Of a stretch of 64,000 nt of DNA, positions 1 to 12,600 are shown in pieces (positions within the stretch are counted from its first letter, which is position 1; each line of letters starts with the position of its first letter). The notes beneath the pieces were generated by a model. It was not told where the DNA came from. It did not search any database and saw nothing but the letters and a program-made list of their open reading frames with translations. The DNA is from a virus, in IMG/VR virus record IMGVR_UViG_3300013101_002049, positions 32,001 through 96,000 of that record, one strand, 5' to 3'. Both the position numbers and the translations under genes were made by a program.

Positions 1-2
1 AC

Positions 3-3000
3 TTTGGTCGTAAATTGTCCACTAGATTTGGAACTAAAGGTGTTTCAGTTACTCCTGGTAAAATTCCTACAGATATACAAGAAATTCAAGATGTAGCTAA
101 AGCTATGGCTGGTGGTTTAGTGGCTAAAGTTGAACCTGGCGCAGGGCTTGGTTTTGCTAAAATGCCTAAAAGTGTCGGCGAGATGATATCCGATATGTTA
201 GAAAAGACTTTGTCAGGCGAAGATCTTGGTTGGGCAGATATGTTTAGTCAAGAAATACTTGACGATTTAATAACAAGATTACGTGCATCTGGTAATAAAT
301 TTATAGTAGATTTATTTACTGAAGCTAGTTACGGTATAGTTTCTAAAGAAGAAGCTGAGAAACAAAAGAAATTATTTTCAGAGACAGCTAATGTTTATAG
401 TGAACTTTTTGGTAAGTCTTTAATGGGCGGTGTTAAAGGCATAGAACAAGTTCAAGAGGACTATGTTGATAAATTAGGTCAAGCACCTTTTAAATTACAA
501 CCTATTGAAGCCCGTATCAGTGCTCGTGGTGTAGCTAAACGCGGGTTGATGCCAGAAGTACTTGAAGGTATGGTTAATAATTTAATTGGATCTTTAGAAG
601 AGTCTACAGCTATAAAAGATGTTGATTTAACTGCTGATCCTGGTGTTCGTAAAAAGATGAATGATTATTTACGAGCATTAACTTATTCAGCATTGGATTC
701 GGCAGAGCAAAAAGCTGTAACTAAAAGATTAAGAGCTGAAGGTGCTAGTGAACAAGACATAGAACGTTTAAAAGATTTTGAAAAACAATGGTCTGTGTAT
801 ACTGACATAGTTAATGAGTATGGAAAGACTATGAAGAGTTTTGTTTCTCCAAAGTTTTTGCAAATTGTGGAGGAACCTCATCTATTTAAGGAATGGTCAG
901 AACGTGATATTTCTAAAGGTGTACGTGGGGAAAAATTAAATTTTCAAGCTTTTGCCGCTTATGCTGGTATTTTTGGTGAAGGTTCTAAAATGATGGAGGA
1001 ATTGTCTGGGGCTACATCGTTAGCGTCTCGTGAAGGATGGGAACTAATACGCGCTTTACAAATGTTAGACCCATCTATGAAAGATTTAGCTAAAACTATG
1101 ACCGAAAGTTTGAAAACTGTGAAGTTAAGTGATGTGGATGTTTTCACTGGTCGTACAGCAGAAATTGGAGAACTAGAAGAGACTATTTTTGATGTTGGTA
1201 AATTTCCAGCACCTTTTAAATTAAAAATTCCATCTACTGCTCCGGGTAAATTGGGTGAATTTGAAGATCTTTATGTACCTGGACCTGCCGCACGCGCCAC
1301 TTATGCTGAAGAATTGATGGGAGGACGCGTATCCCCTACGAATATAGCAAGATATTTGAGTAATTTAGTTGAAAGGGCTAAAAACGTTGAAAATTTGATG
1401 GCGCTTTCTAAGGAAGGCGAGTTGGATCTAAACGATGAATCGGCTCGAAAATTCGCTAATACAATAAGAGCAGAGCTTACTGAAAAATTAACTTCTACTT
1501 ATAAAGAATTTGCAGGCATTGAGCAGAAACAAGTTGTTACTCCTGCAAATATTGAATTTATGCAGAGCTATATAGATCAATTGAAAAAATCTCTTTCTCC
1601 AGTACGTCATGTAGCCCCAATATATATGACTGCTGAAGCTAAGCGTGGTAATTTAAGGTCTCAAACGGAATTAGAGTCCGTGGAATCTTACGAGCGCCAG
1701 TTAAGAAAAACAGATCCTGGCAAAATGTATAGTAAACTGCTTAGTCGTATTATGGATATTTTAATTGGAGCTCAGCCAGAATCATTGAAAGCTGAGGAAT
1801 CAAAGATAGAAAGGGCTAGGAAGAAATTTACAGAAACTGGTGATGTTCCTAAAGAATATGCTAAGCAATTTCAAAATTTGGGTAAGTTTTATGAAAATGA
1901 TTTTGATAAAATGTTGGCTGCTTTTCAAAAACGTGTTGAAGAACGACGCGCTGCTAGAGCCGCATTTGATATAGAATTAGAAGCAGGTAATTTAAAAGAA
2001 TTTTCTGAAAACGTCGGTCTTAATTTACATATGACTGTTAAGGAATCTTTAGAAAGAGCTTTGCAGTCGTTAAGTCGTGCACGAGTTTCTTATTATGAAG
2101 AATTAGCTAAACAAGTTATTGGTCCAAAACATGGTATAGAACAAACATTTTTCCAAAGAACTATCCCATTTAGTGTAACGGCTAAAGCGGTAACTGCTGT
2201 TACTGATAAAACCAAAGAGCTCGATAAAGCTATCACCAATTTGTCTAGCAGAAGTGGGTCTAATTTTGATAACATAATCGATAAACTTAAAGAAATAAAA
2301 AAAGAACATGTTGATTATATAGCAAAAGCCAAACAATTGGGTATGCCAGTACTTAAAGAAGGTGAGATTGGTATACATCCTGAGATGGCTGAACAAATTA
2401 AATTAAAGCAAGCGGGCCGAGAAACTGATTTATCTAAATTACTTTCAGAACAATTAGAAGAAGCTTATGTGACTACTGTACGATATCCATTTACAGGAAC
2501 ACTCAGTGTTCAACCTCATAAAGCTAAATTAATGGAAACCGGATTAGCCAGACAGTCATTGGCTGTACCTGGTGCACCAGAAATGAATATAGCTTCTATG
2601 ACAGAAGAAGTTGTTAAGCCGTTAAGAGAACATATCGATAAATTGGTAGCTGAACGGGAACAACTATGGGAGCGTGGTGGTGATGATGCCGCACAAAAAG
2701 CTGCCGAGTTGTCTAAAGAAATAGAGGGTTTAATATCATTAACTAAGGAGTTGACGCCTAAGTTTGTTAATATGGAACAGAAGCTTGACTTTGATGGTGA
2801 TGCATTATTTTTGCATACTGGTCAAGTTGAAGATTCTCGTATGGAGATTAAGAAGCATTTTGAAGCACTAGGTGATGATGTTACATCTGTGAGATCTTTG
2901 TTTAACACATTATTTACTGCCGTAGAAGAAACTAATGTAAAAGCTCTTTCTGAAATGGCTTATATATTCGGTAAGAAGCAGCCAATGGAAAAGGGCTTTA

Positions 3001-3620
3001 AATTTTTGGAAAAGCCTTATATTGAAAAAGAAGTATCTAATCTTGGTTTAGATGAAGTATTTAAATCTTTGTCTACGTATGAATCTAAAAAACCAGAAAC
3101 TGATGTTGATTTTAAAAATTGGGTTTCTAAATATTTAACAGAAAATGTTTTTCCTGAAGTATTTAGAAAAGCCGGTGGTACTGAAGCCGAAAGAGCCGCA
3201 TTTGCCGGAAAAGCTACTGCTGCTTTTGCGGGCGGGGGAGCTGGCATCCCTATGGGGCCTGGTGCTGGTGAGTTTGAAAAAACTGCATCTAAATTATTGG
3301 AAGAATTAATTAGGCGTCGTTTATGGGAACAAAAATATAGTGATGCTATTGTTGGTCAGTTATATAAATTACAAACTGGTCAGACTGTTGAAGGTATTAG
3401 TAGAGTAGCTCGTTTAACTGAGCTTGAAACTGGTTTCGGCGCTGGTTTAGCTGGAACTGGTAAGCGTAAATTTGAACCCGCTACGGAATTTTTAGAAAGA
3501 TGGCCTAAGGAAAGTATAGTATTAGGAAATAGACCTGTTCAAGAATTTGCAGCTCGTATGAATGAAATTTTAAGATTTGTTATTCAAAAAGGTCTTGATG
3601 AAAAACACGCTGGTGTAGAG
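3..3620 (+). other. Single-chain double-psi beta-barrel RNA polymerase region (beta C-terminal part fused to beta'-like part)
   Basis: GRKLSTRFGTKG (6-41) ~ beta GDKMAGRHGNKG with the same K..K spacing. PIEARISARGVAKRGLMPEVLE (501-566) ~ [52 protein letters not shown] (1266-1377) ~ beta' [49 protein letters not shown] ~ [20 protein letters not shown]. VRYP (2478-2489) ~ NRAP. KLDFDGDALFLH (DFDGD 2787-2801) ~ NADFDGDQMAVH. QKGLDEKHAG (3585-3614) is trigger-loop-like. Confidence 0.88.
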
Positions 3621-6600
3621 GCAGTTGGTAAACACATTATAGCTAATGTTGGCAAAAAAGGTGGAGCCGAAGCTATAATGAATATTATGGAGAAAGAGGA
3701 AGATCAGTTTAAGGATTTATGGAAGTTTAATGATCAGATAAAACAAGAAGCTAAACTTAGATTAGGTAAACATCCTACTGAAACTCTTCGTGAAGAATTA
3801 AAGAGATTTCAACCAGATATAGCTGAAGATATGTTAGCTGGGATGTCTCGACAAGAATTAATTGATAGAATTACTAAACAAATAGATTTAAGTGCTGTAT
3901 TTGAAGAACTGTTTAGAATGATTAAGAGACAAGCTATTAAAGGTTACGTTAAAGAATTACGTGGTGGATTAGAAGATCTACCAGTTGAGCAACGAGCTAA
4001 AACTGAAGCGGAAGTAGCTCGTATGGGTGGATTTGAACCTTATGCTCGTAAAAAGATAGAAGAAGAATCTATGGAAGATAGGGGTATTAGCATATTAAAA
4101 TATGTTACTACCAATTTAGAGCCATTATATAAACTACGTACTAGTATGGAAACCATTGGTACTGTAGGTAGTCGTGCTGGTATAAAACCTGATGTTGATA
4201 TTATTTTACCAGAGCAGAAAAGAGAAGCTGAACGACTTAGTGATGTTTATGAGAATACTTTAAAAACCGCTTATGTATTATCTAGGTCTATGAAAGGTAT
4301 TGTTTCTGGGGCTCAAGGTGGCGCCCATTCTATGATGGTATTAAGCTCTGTTCAAAAAAGATTGGAAGAGCTTAGTGCTATAGCTAAGAGGGCGGAAGAC
4401 CTCGGAGTGCCTATGGCAGCAGAAGCCCCAATACCAACAAAACGTATGGAATATGCTGGTGGCGCCTATATGGCAGAGGCTCCTACTCTTTTTGAGGATA
4501 TATGGTCTAAAGCTTTGATGTCTCAAACTAGATTGGGACCAATAGAACAATTAGATCCTTTAGAATCATGGAATAAAAATATAGAACGTTTAAATAAAGT
4601 TAAAAAACAAACTGAGAGTGAGTTAGAAAATTTATCTCAAACTCTTGGTATTCCTATGATTGGTAAGGAAGAAAAGAGTAAAGTTTTCTTTGAATTTGGT
4701 GAAAAAAACGAAGATGTAGTAAAAGCAATAGATCTTAGATCTAAGGCGTTTGGTGAATTTCTTTCAACTAAGCAACCAGAATTAACACCGGAAGAAGTAA
4801 GAAAATCAACAGATGAATATGCTAAATTTATGACTGATTTACTTAAGTTTCAGGTATCAATGTCTGAACAGGCTAGACGTGTATCTGAAGCTATGAAGGC
4901 AGTTCCATTTCAGAAAACCTATCTAGAAAAATCATTCGCTGGCTTGGCTTCTCGAGCCGGAAAATCCCCAACCGAAATAGCAAATGAAATGTCATCTATG
5001 GAAGAGTCATCTTCTAAAGCATTTGATAAAGAGATAGTTGCTAAAAGAGAACGACGTTTGCAAGATATACAAGATTATTTTGCTAAGCAACGAACATCAA
5101 CAGCTCAATCTATGATAGATGTAGCAGCTACTGATCAACCGCAGGTAATACCTGATAGAGATCTTGCTGATAAGGTTAGACAGGCTGCACAGGATTCTAT
5201 ACAACAAATAGCTGAGGTTGTTAATGAAACGGTTGTGTATAAAACTCGTCAGGCTTTGAAAGGTTTGGAGCGTAGAGCTGGCGGTGGTGCTTCGGCTGGT
5301 GGTGAGGAAAAAAGATTAGCTGAATTATATCGTGCTAGTGGTATAGCTGGTGGTGGCGGTTACGGAGGTGTGCCACAACCAGAGGCTATTTTAAGACAAA
5401 TGCTCGGGTTAACTGAACCTAATATGCTTATGGAAGCAACTGCTTTTAGAGGCACTGCTTTACATAGACGTAAGCAATTAGAGATGGGCCGTAAGTATAA
5501 ACAATTTGGTGGTTTTGAGTTAGAAGGTTTGACCAGATATATTGAAGAGGGCCAAGATTTAATGACTGGGCATTTTGATGTAATTTATAAAGAATCTGAA
5601 GATGCTCAGAGAAAATTGGCCGATATTAAAACTATTTATAGTGGTAGAACATTTAAAGCATTGGAAACTTTAGCTAATAATATTAGTAAAGGCGGTATAA
5701 CTTTAGATTCAGCGTTAAAGAAATTTGAAGAAAGTCAATCGGCTTTTGACAAAGAGTTAGCTAGAAGATTGAATAGTTATATTAGTCAAATTAATTTTTA
5801 TTTAGAATCTAATAAAGACGCTATTGGAGAAATTATTGTAGTTAGTGCGGAAGATCCTACTAAGGAAGCTAAAATCGAAATTGGTGGATTTGATCCAGCA
5901 TTATTTGCTAAGGATATTCAAGTAGTAAAAGATGCGAAAATGAAAGTAGCTGAATTATTAGAGGCATTATCTAAAACAGATGATCCTGAAACAATAAAAT
6001 CTTTATTTAGTGATTATAGAGGTGTCTATGAAGCTTTAGTTGATAAGTTAGGTGAAGTTACATTTGAAACCGTATCAGCCGCATTGCCCACCAGACCTAC
6101 TTTTGAAGTACTTGAACAGTCACGTTTAAAAAGTTGGGAAGAATTTGCTTCCACTTTGAATAAGGAAGATCAAGATTTATTTGAAAAGCTAAGCGCTGAA
6201 TATTTAACAGCGTTTGAAAGAATGCGTGGTCCTCGTGCTGAGAAAGTATTTAAGAAATGGCGTATGGAAGGTGTTCCAGCTGGTGGTGCGGGAGCTCCAC
6301 CTGCGGGGGGAGCTCCTCCTGGTGGTGCTGGAGGCGGCGACGGTTTTGATGATGATGAGTTTAGTGAGTTTAATAAAAAAATACAAGCCATTTTAAATAA
6401 GTTGCGTCAGGGTATTGAAATTGATCCAAGCGAAATACTTAAATTAATGGAATTGTATGAACAGGCTCGTAGAAAGTTTAACGAATTGATGGGTAGTAGA
6501 GATCCAAAATTATTTAAGGATATGACTGCTAAATATCAAAAATTAATCGAGGAAATTAAACAAACAGTATCTACAGAATATAAAGGTGGATTTGAATCAG

Positions 6601-9600
6601 CTTATAGAATGTATAATATGCGAGAAAAAGTTGATTCTAATATGGCTGATAATCTTAAAAAGATGGAGAAAGATTATAGTCGATTCAGAACTTTAGATAT
6701 TGAAACTGAAGCACCAGATAGACCGGAAGCAATGCATAAGAATTTAAAGGCTTTATTTGAAGTGGCTCGTCGAAGACATGGTCTTGTTGGATCTGATACT
6801 AAAAAGTTTGGTGCTGATATTGAAAGCTTGATTAAATCAGTGACAGAAGAAGGACCTGGTTTAGATATTTCACGTCAAATAATAGCTGCAGTAGATAAAC
6901 TTCCTAAAGAAAAACGTGGATACACAGTAAGTATATGGAAACATTATAGGAAGGCTGTAAGTGAATACTTTTTGAAAGAATTAGATAGATTACAAGAAGA
7001 AATTGAAAGTGCTCGAACTGAAGATGAGGCTCGTGAATCTTATGCTCAATATGAAAAAACACTTCGTCATTTTAGAGAAACTATAGTTAAAAATTTGGGT
7101 AAAGTTAGTGATATATATACTGAAAAAGCATTTGGTGGAACTCGTGAATTTGTAGATCCTGGGTTGGCTAAATTAACTGGTACTTTTAGAACTAAGGATG
7201 AAATCTCTGAAATTGCTCGAGCAAGTTCGAGATTATCAGGTGAGTTTCAACCTATAGTTGATATGCTTATAGGTGAAGGTTCTGGGGAAGATATCGAAGC
7301 ATTAGTGCCGCCTATTGAAAAAGTGCGACGTGCATTCGAAATGTTGACTTCTGATGCAGAGGAATTTAAAAAGACGTTAACTGATGAAGATGCTTTTAGA
7401 AGATTTGGTGATCAAATAGCTAAACAGTGGGATTTTACTAAAACTGTTAAAGGTGTTACTCAGTTAAGAGCCGCTTTAGAATCCTGGAATAGAATGCAAG
7501 TAGCAGGTATTGGTGATGTTGGTCCGAGTGCTTCTTATACCGAAGCTCAACGTAAAAATATTGAAGAGACTATTAAATTATTGAGACAGTTGGAGAAATC
7601 ATTTGTACCAACTGGTGGGACGGCTGCGTCCGAAATGGGTTTGGTAGGAGTACCCGGATTTTTGTCTACTTCCGAACAAGAGGCTTTACATAAAAGAAAT
7701 ATAGCAATGACTCGTAAGTATTTTGCTACTCCTGAAGAGGAAGGCGGACCAGAGAGAGGCCGTGCATTTACTTATAGATATAAAATAGTAGATCCTTCCA
7801 CAAAGCAAATAGTTCGTAATGTAGCGGAAGAGTTTAGAGGTCTTGGTGATACTGTTGATAGTACTGGTAGAAAGATGGGTGTATTTAGACAGAGAACTGA
7901 AGACCTATTAAAACAATTCCAGGAAAGACGTGGATTTGGTCAGGCATTCGGTCGTGTTATTAGATGGGGTTTGGCAAGTAATGTGGTTTATGGGTCTGTT
8001 AAAGCTCTTAAAGGTATGGTTAATGTTATAAGTGATGTAGAATATGGTATCGCTGTTTTACGTCAAGTTATGAGCCCTCTTGAAAGTGATTTTGAAGGTA
8101 TTACTATGGCAGCAGTGGATTTTGCTAAAGAGTTTGGATTGCCTATTAGAAATGTTATAGATTCTATGAGGGTGTTTGCTCAGCAAGGTTTGGCACAAGC
8201 AGATGTTATTGATAGGACTAGAACGTCTACTTTAGCTGCGAACGTTACCACATTAAATGCGGCAGATGCTACAGAAGCTTTGACAGCTGCAACAAAAGTT
8301 TATGGTTTACAAGGTCAGAGTACTCTTAGATTTTTAGATTCATGGAGTCAAGTAGAAGCTCGACACGCTATTACATCTGCTGATTTAGCGAATGCGTTGA
8401 AAAAGGCTGCGGCAGCTGCTAAAACATCTGGTGTGGATTTTGATCAGTTGAATGCAATTGTTACTGGTATCGGCGAAACTTCACGTCAAACTGGTAAGGA
8501 AATTGGTACTTCATTGAGATTTATGTTTAGAAGGCTACAAGGTGAAAAAGGTCCTAAAGAACTTGGTAAAATAGGTGTTCCGGTTCTTACACCTCAAGGT
8601 GATATTAGATCTGGGTTTGAAGTACTTGGGCAGTTAGCTGATAAATGGGGTGATTTAAATCAAGCTCAGAGATTAGCTATAGCTCAAGCTATTGGTGGTC
8701 GTCGTCATTATAATAGTTTAATTATTTTAATGGACCATTGGGGTGATGTATTAGATACATTACAAGATAGTATAAACTCAAAGGGCGCTGCTGAACGACG
8801 AAATGCTATCGTAATGGATACATATGCAAAGAAGCTCGAACAGGTAAGAGCATCTCTTACTGAATTACAAATTCAATTTGGTAAATTCGCATTACCTATA
8901 GCTAAAGGTGCATTAACTGGACTTAAATTACTTATTGAAACTATTTCAAATATACCTACATCTATTAAAGTAGCTTTTGCTGCTGTAGCTTCGTTCTTTA
9001 CTTTATTAACAAAAGGTGGTAGTTTGTTTGATAAAGTTGCTATGAGTTTTACTAGTTCTGGTAATATATTTGGAGATTTTATTAAGACTGCAAAATCTGA
9101 ATTAAGTAAAGGTGTGTATGAGATTTTTGGAGAAGGTATTGGTGGATTTAGTTTAGATAATGTATTTAAAGATATAAATACCGAAGGTTTGAAACAGTTT
9201 ACTGAAGCTACTAAGATGGGAGATCTTGAGTCGGGATTAGGTAAATCTGTATATGTACTTGCCAAAGTAGGTAGATCTTGGAATAATTTTTTAACTGATA
9301 TAACTAAAGGTAGTGCGTCCGCTACTAATAAAATAGCACATATGTTTGATTTTATAGGTGATAAGTTAATAATGGGAGGTGCGGCGTTAGGTGAAAAAGG
9401 TGGACCTGCGGGTATAATTACTGGAGCTTTAACAGCTGCTTTGGGATCTGTATCTGAAATGGCTGGTTATGGTACTGAGAAAGTAGCCAAGATGTTGGGA
9501 TTGACCGCTGAGCAAATGGCCAGATTGACTAGATCAAGCACTGGAGTTGTTGGCGCATTAGCACCTATGATAGGTTCATTTTTCGCTTTAAAACCTTTAT

Positions 9601-12600
9601 TGTCTGCTGCATGGGATAATTTTAAGAAATTAGCTTTATCAGCCAGTGATTATGAAAAATCTATGAGTGGTTTACGTATGCTTCATAGTGGTGAGTTAGA
9701 ACGTATAAAAGACCTTGGTTATGAATATGATAAGTTATCTAAACGAATGTCAGATATAAGCATTTCTATGCGACCAGATGTAAAAGCTCGTCAGCAAGAA
9801 AGAGAAGAATACAAAAGTCCGCTGCATGAATTAGGTAAGTTGTATGGTGAGGCTACTGATTATGGTAACAAATTAGCAGAAACTAATATTGATTTAGTTA
9901 GTGGATTTGATAAATTTGGTAATGCAATTTTAAAAACCACTGATAACATGAAAGGCTATTTGGAGGTATTAGAATCTGCACAGCAACGTAAAATGGCTGA
10001 AACTGAATTGGGTGTGTTAGGTGTTTATGTAAAAGATTTAACCAAAACTACTGGTTTGGAGTCATTTAAAAACGAGTTTAAAAAGTTTTTAGCTGAAATT
10101 CCAGTGATAGGTGAATCGTTAGCTAAAGCTATAAAAGTATCTCCTGCTAAATCTATAGAAGAATTAAGAGAAAAAGTAGAAGATTTAATAGCGTTAAGAA
10201 ATAAATATCCTTTGACTACTTCATTTGATATTGATTTAAATAAATATAATCAACAATTAGCTGAAGTTAGAAAGTCTTATAAACAGACTTATAATGATTT
10301 TTTAAGAACATTAAGTAATATTCCTGTCGAAGGTTTAAATCCAGCTCAAGTGTCTGAGATGTTTAGTAGACCTGAATTTAAGGAAGGTTTTGAAGTAATA
10401 GCCAATATAGAGCCAAGATTACAAACTGGTGCTTTAAGAGGTAAAGTAAATTGGCAAGATGTTCTTGGTACAGAGGTTCTTAAAAAGTTGTATCCGAGTA
10501 AGCCGTTAGATTTTACAGCACAGTTAACTAAAGGTTTGCTAGAACAAGCTAATATTAGTCCTAGAGACGCAGAAGCTTTTTCTGGTGATATTGTATTGTT
10601 TACGGATGAAATTGCTAAGAAATATGAAATGGCTGGTAACCAAGCCATTTTGAAAATGCAGGAAACTAGTGAAGGTATTGTTAAATGGACAGTACAATTT
10701 TTTGATAAAGAATTATCTACTATTAAAGAATTGCCATTTGATAAGGTATCCAAATTTGTAGATTCTATATTTCCAGTACAAGCAATATCTGATAGATTAT
10801 ATGAAAATATTGAAGTATTAAAAGAATTTGTAGCGGGTGCGGGTGCTGGTCTTCGTGGTATTACTGAAAAAACTTTTAAAAAAGATTTTAGTTTAGGAGA
10901 AAGATTTTTTAGCCAGTTACCTACAACTACGTTGCTACAAACTACTAAGGGGTATGAACCTGGGCGTGGTTTTGGTGAAGTGCCTTTTAAGTCAGGATGG
11001 GATAAATGGATAGATGATAATTTTTTCAAACCTATGACTGAATATACACGGCTGTTGGAACAATTAAAACCAGCTGATTTACCAACTGGTGAATCTGAAT
11101 TAGCACCAGGTCTTACAGAAGATATTGCTTCTCTTCAAGATATATTGAAAAATAATCAAGTTGTGCTACAATATAGAGCTGTTCATGAAGATTTAATAAA
11201 ATCCATATCTGAAGGTAGTCGAGTTTTAAAAGAAAATATTGCTGCTGAACGTAATAGAAATGAATATATTGTACAAAGTAGTGGTTATTTGAAGGGCCTT
11301 GCCGAAGATATGGCTGATGTTAATTTAGGGGTTAAAAAATATACTGATCTTACATTACAACAAAGACTAGCTTTGGCTGAAGTTGGTAGAAATATGCAGC
11401 CATTTACAACAGCACGTCAACAATATAGGGAAGGTACGGTAGAAAGACAATCGATAGTAGATTCTATAACTAATATAGATAAATCATTGATAGCTGTACG
11501 TGAAATAGGTGATGTAGCTAGAAGTTTTGGGGCTGCTTTACCTACTCAAGATCTTGCAAACTATATAGAAGAAATTGCTAAAACTGGTGATCGTGGTACT
11601 GGATTACTTCTTGGTGAAACAAAGAAAGTGGAAAGTAATACAGCTGCTACGGTAGAAAGATTAGACCAGATATTGGAACAAGGTGGTGACTCAGCTGCTA
11701 TTGAGCGGATTGTTGAACGTACCAGTGGTCGTCGTAATATTATAGATAAGTTGGAATACTTAACAGAAAGACGTAATAAAGCAGCTAAAAAAGATAACAC
11801 AGAATTAGTAACGACTTATGATAGAGCCATTGATAAACTTACCTCTAAACTTGTTAGTGAAGTTGGGCCAGAAAAAGCTCTCAAATATGTTGGCAAAAAC
11901 GCTCCAATGTTTTTTGGTAAGCAAGATTATACTCAGGCTGAGTTTATAAAAAGAGCACTTGGAAATACTAATTTTGAAGGATTTAGTAAAGCTTTAGAAA
12001 GAGTTCAGCCAGGTATAACTAAAACCAAAGAATTCACAGATCTTGTTGCACTACAACAAGAGCAGTCTACAGAACAGGTGGTAAGTAATAAAAATCTTCA
12101 GAAATTATTAGCTATATACAGTACTATAGAACATTTTAATAAGGTTTCAACTAATAGACAAATAAAAGCTTTAGATTCTCAATTAGGCGAACTTGAAGTT
12201 CAAAGAAAAGAATTACAAAAAGCTGGTACACCTACAGAAGATATAACAAATAAAATAGCTGAACTTACTACACAGCGCGGAGAACTTGCAACAAGAGCTT
12301 CTGGACAAGCTATGCGTGAGGTTATAGCTCCAATAGCACTAGCTTCGCAAGAAATAGCTAAATCGTTTGGTGTTACAGATAGACAGTTGCGTATACTTGG
12401 CGGAACTATTGGTGGTACTTATCTTGCTTGGAAAGCTTGGAATAAATTAACTGGAGAACCAATTCCAGAATATATAGAAGAACTCGGCGCTAAGTCAGCA
12501 GAAGCAGCGCAACGTATGTCTCAAGAAGGTATTTCTGGTAAGGCGTGGAGAACATATTATGCTGCTAAAGATGTTGTGTTTGGTAAAAATCTTGATGAAA

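Noticed and set aside
15-17. TTG at 15 as the start of the giant ORF
   Set aside because: The frame is open to the window edge and the conserved GRK motif lies upstream of it, so the gene is truncated.
3-3620. Host rpoB/rpoC gene or rpoBC fusion
   Set aside because: Far too divergent, lacks Zn-binding Cys, has KLDFDGD instead of NADFDGD and is in frame with a tape-measure domain in a phage tail operon.
5310-5940. CRISPR-associated Cas4 / CRISPR locus
   Set aside because: No Cys for the Cas4 Fe-S cluster, no other cas genes and no repeat-spacer array in the window.
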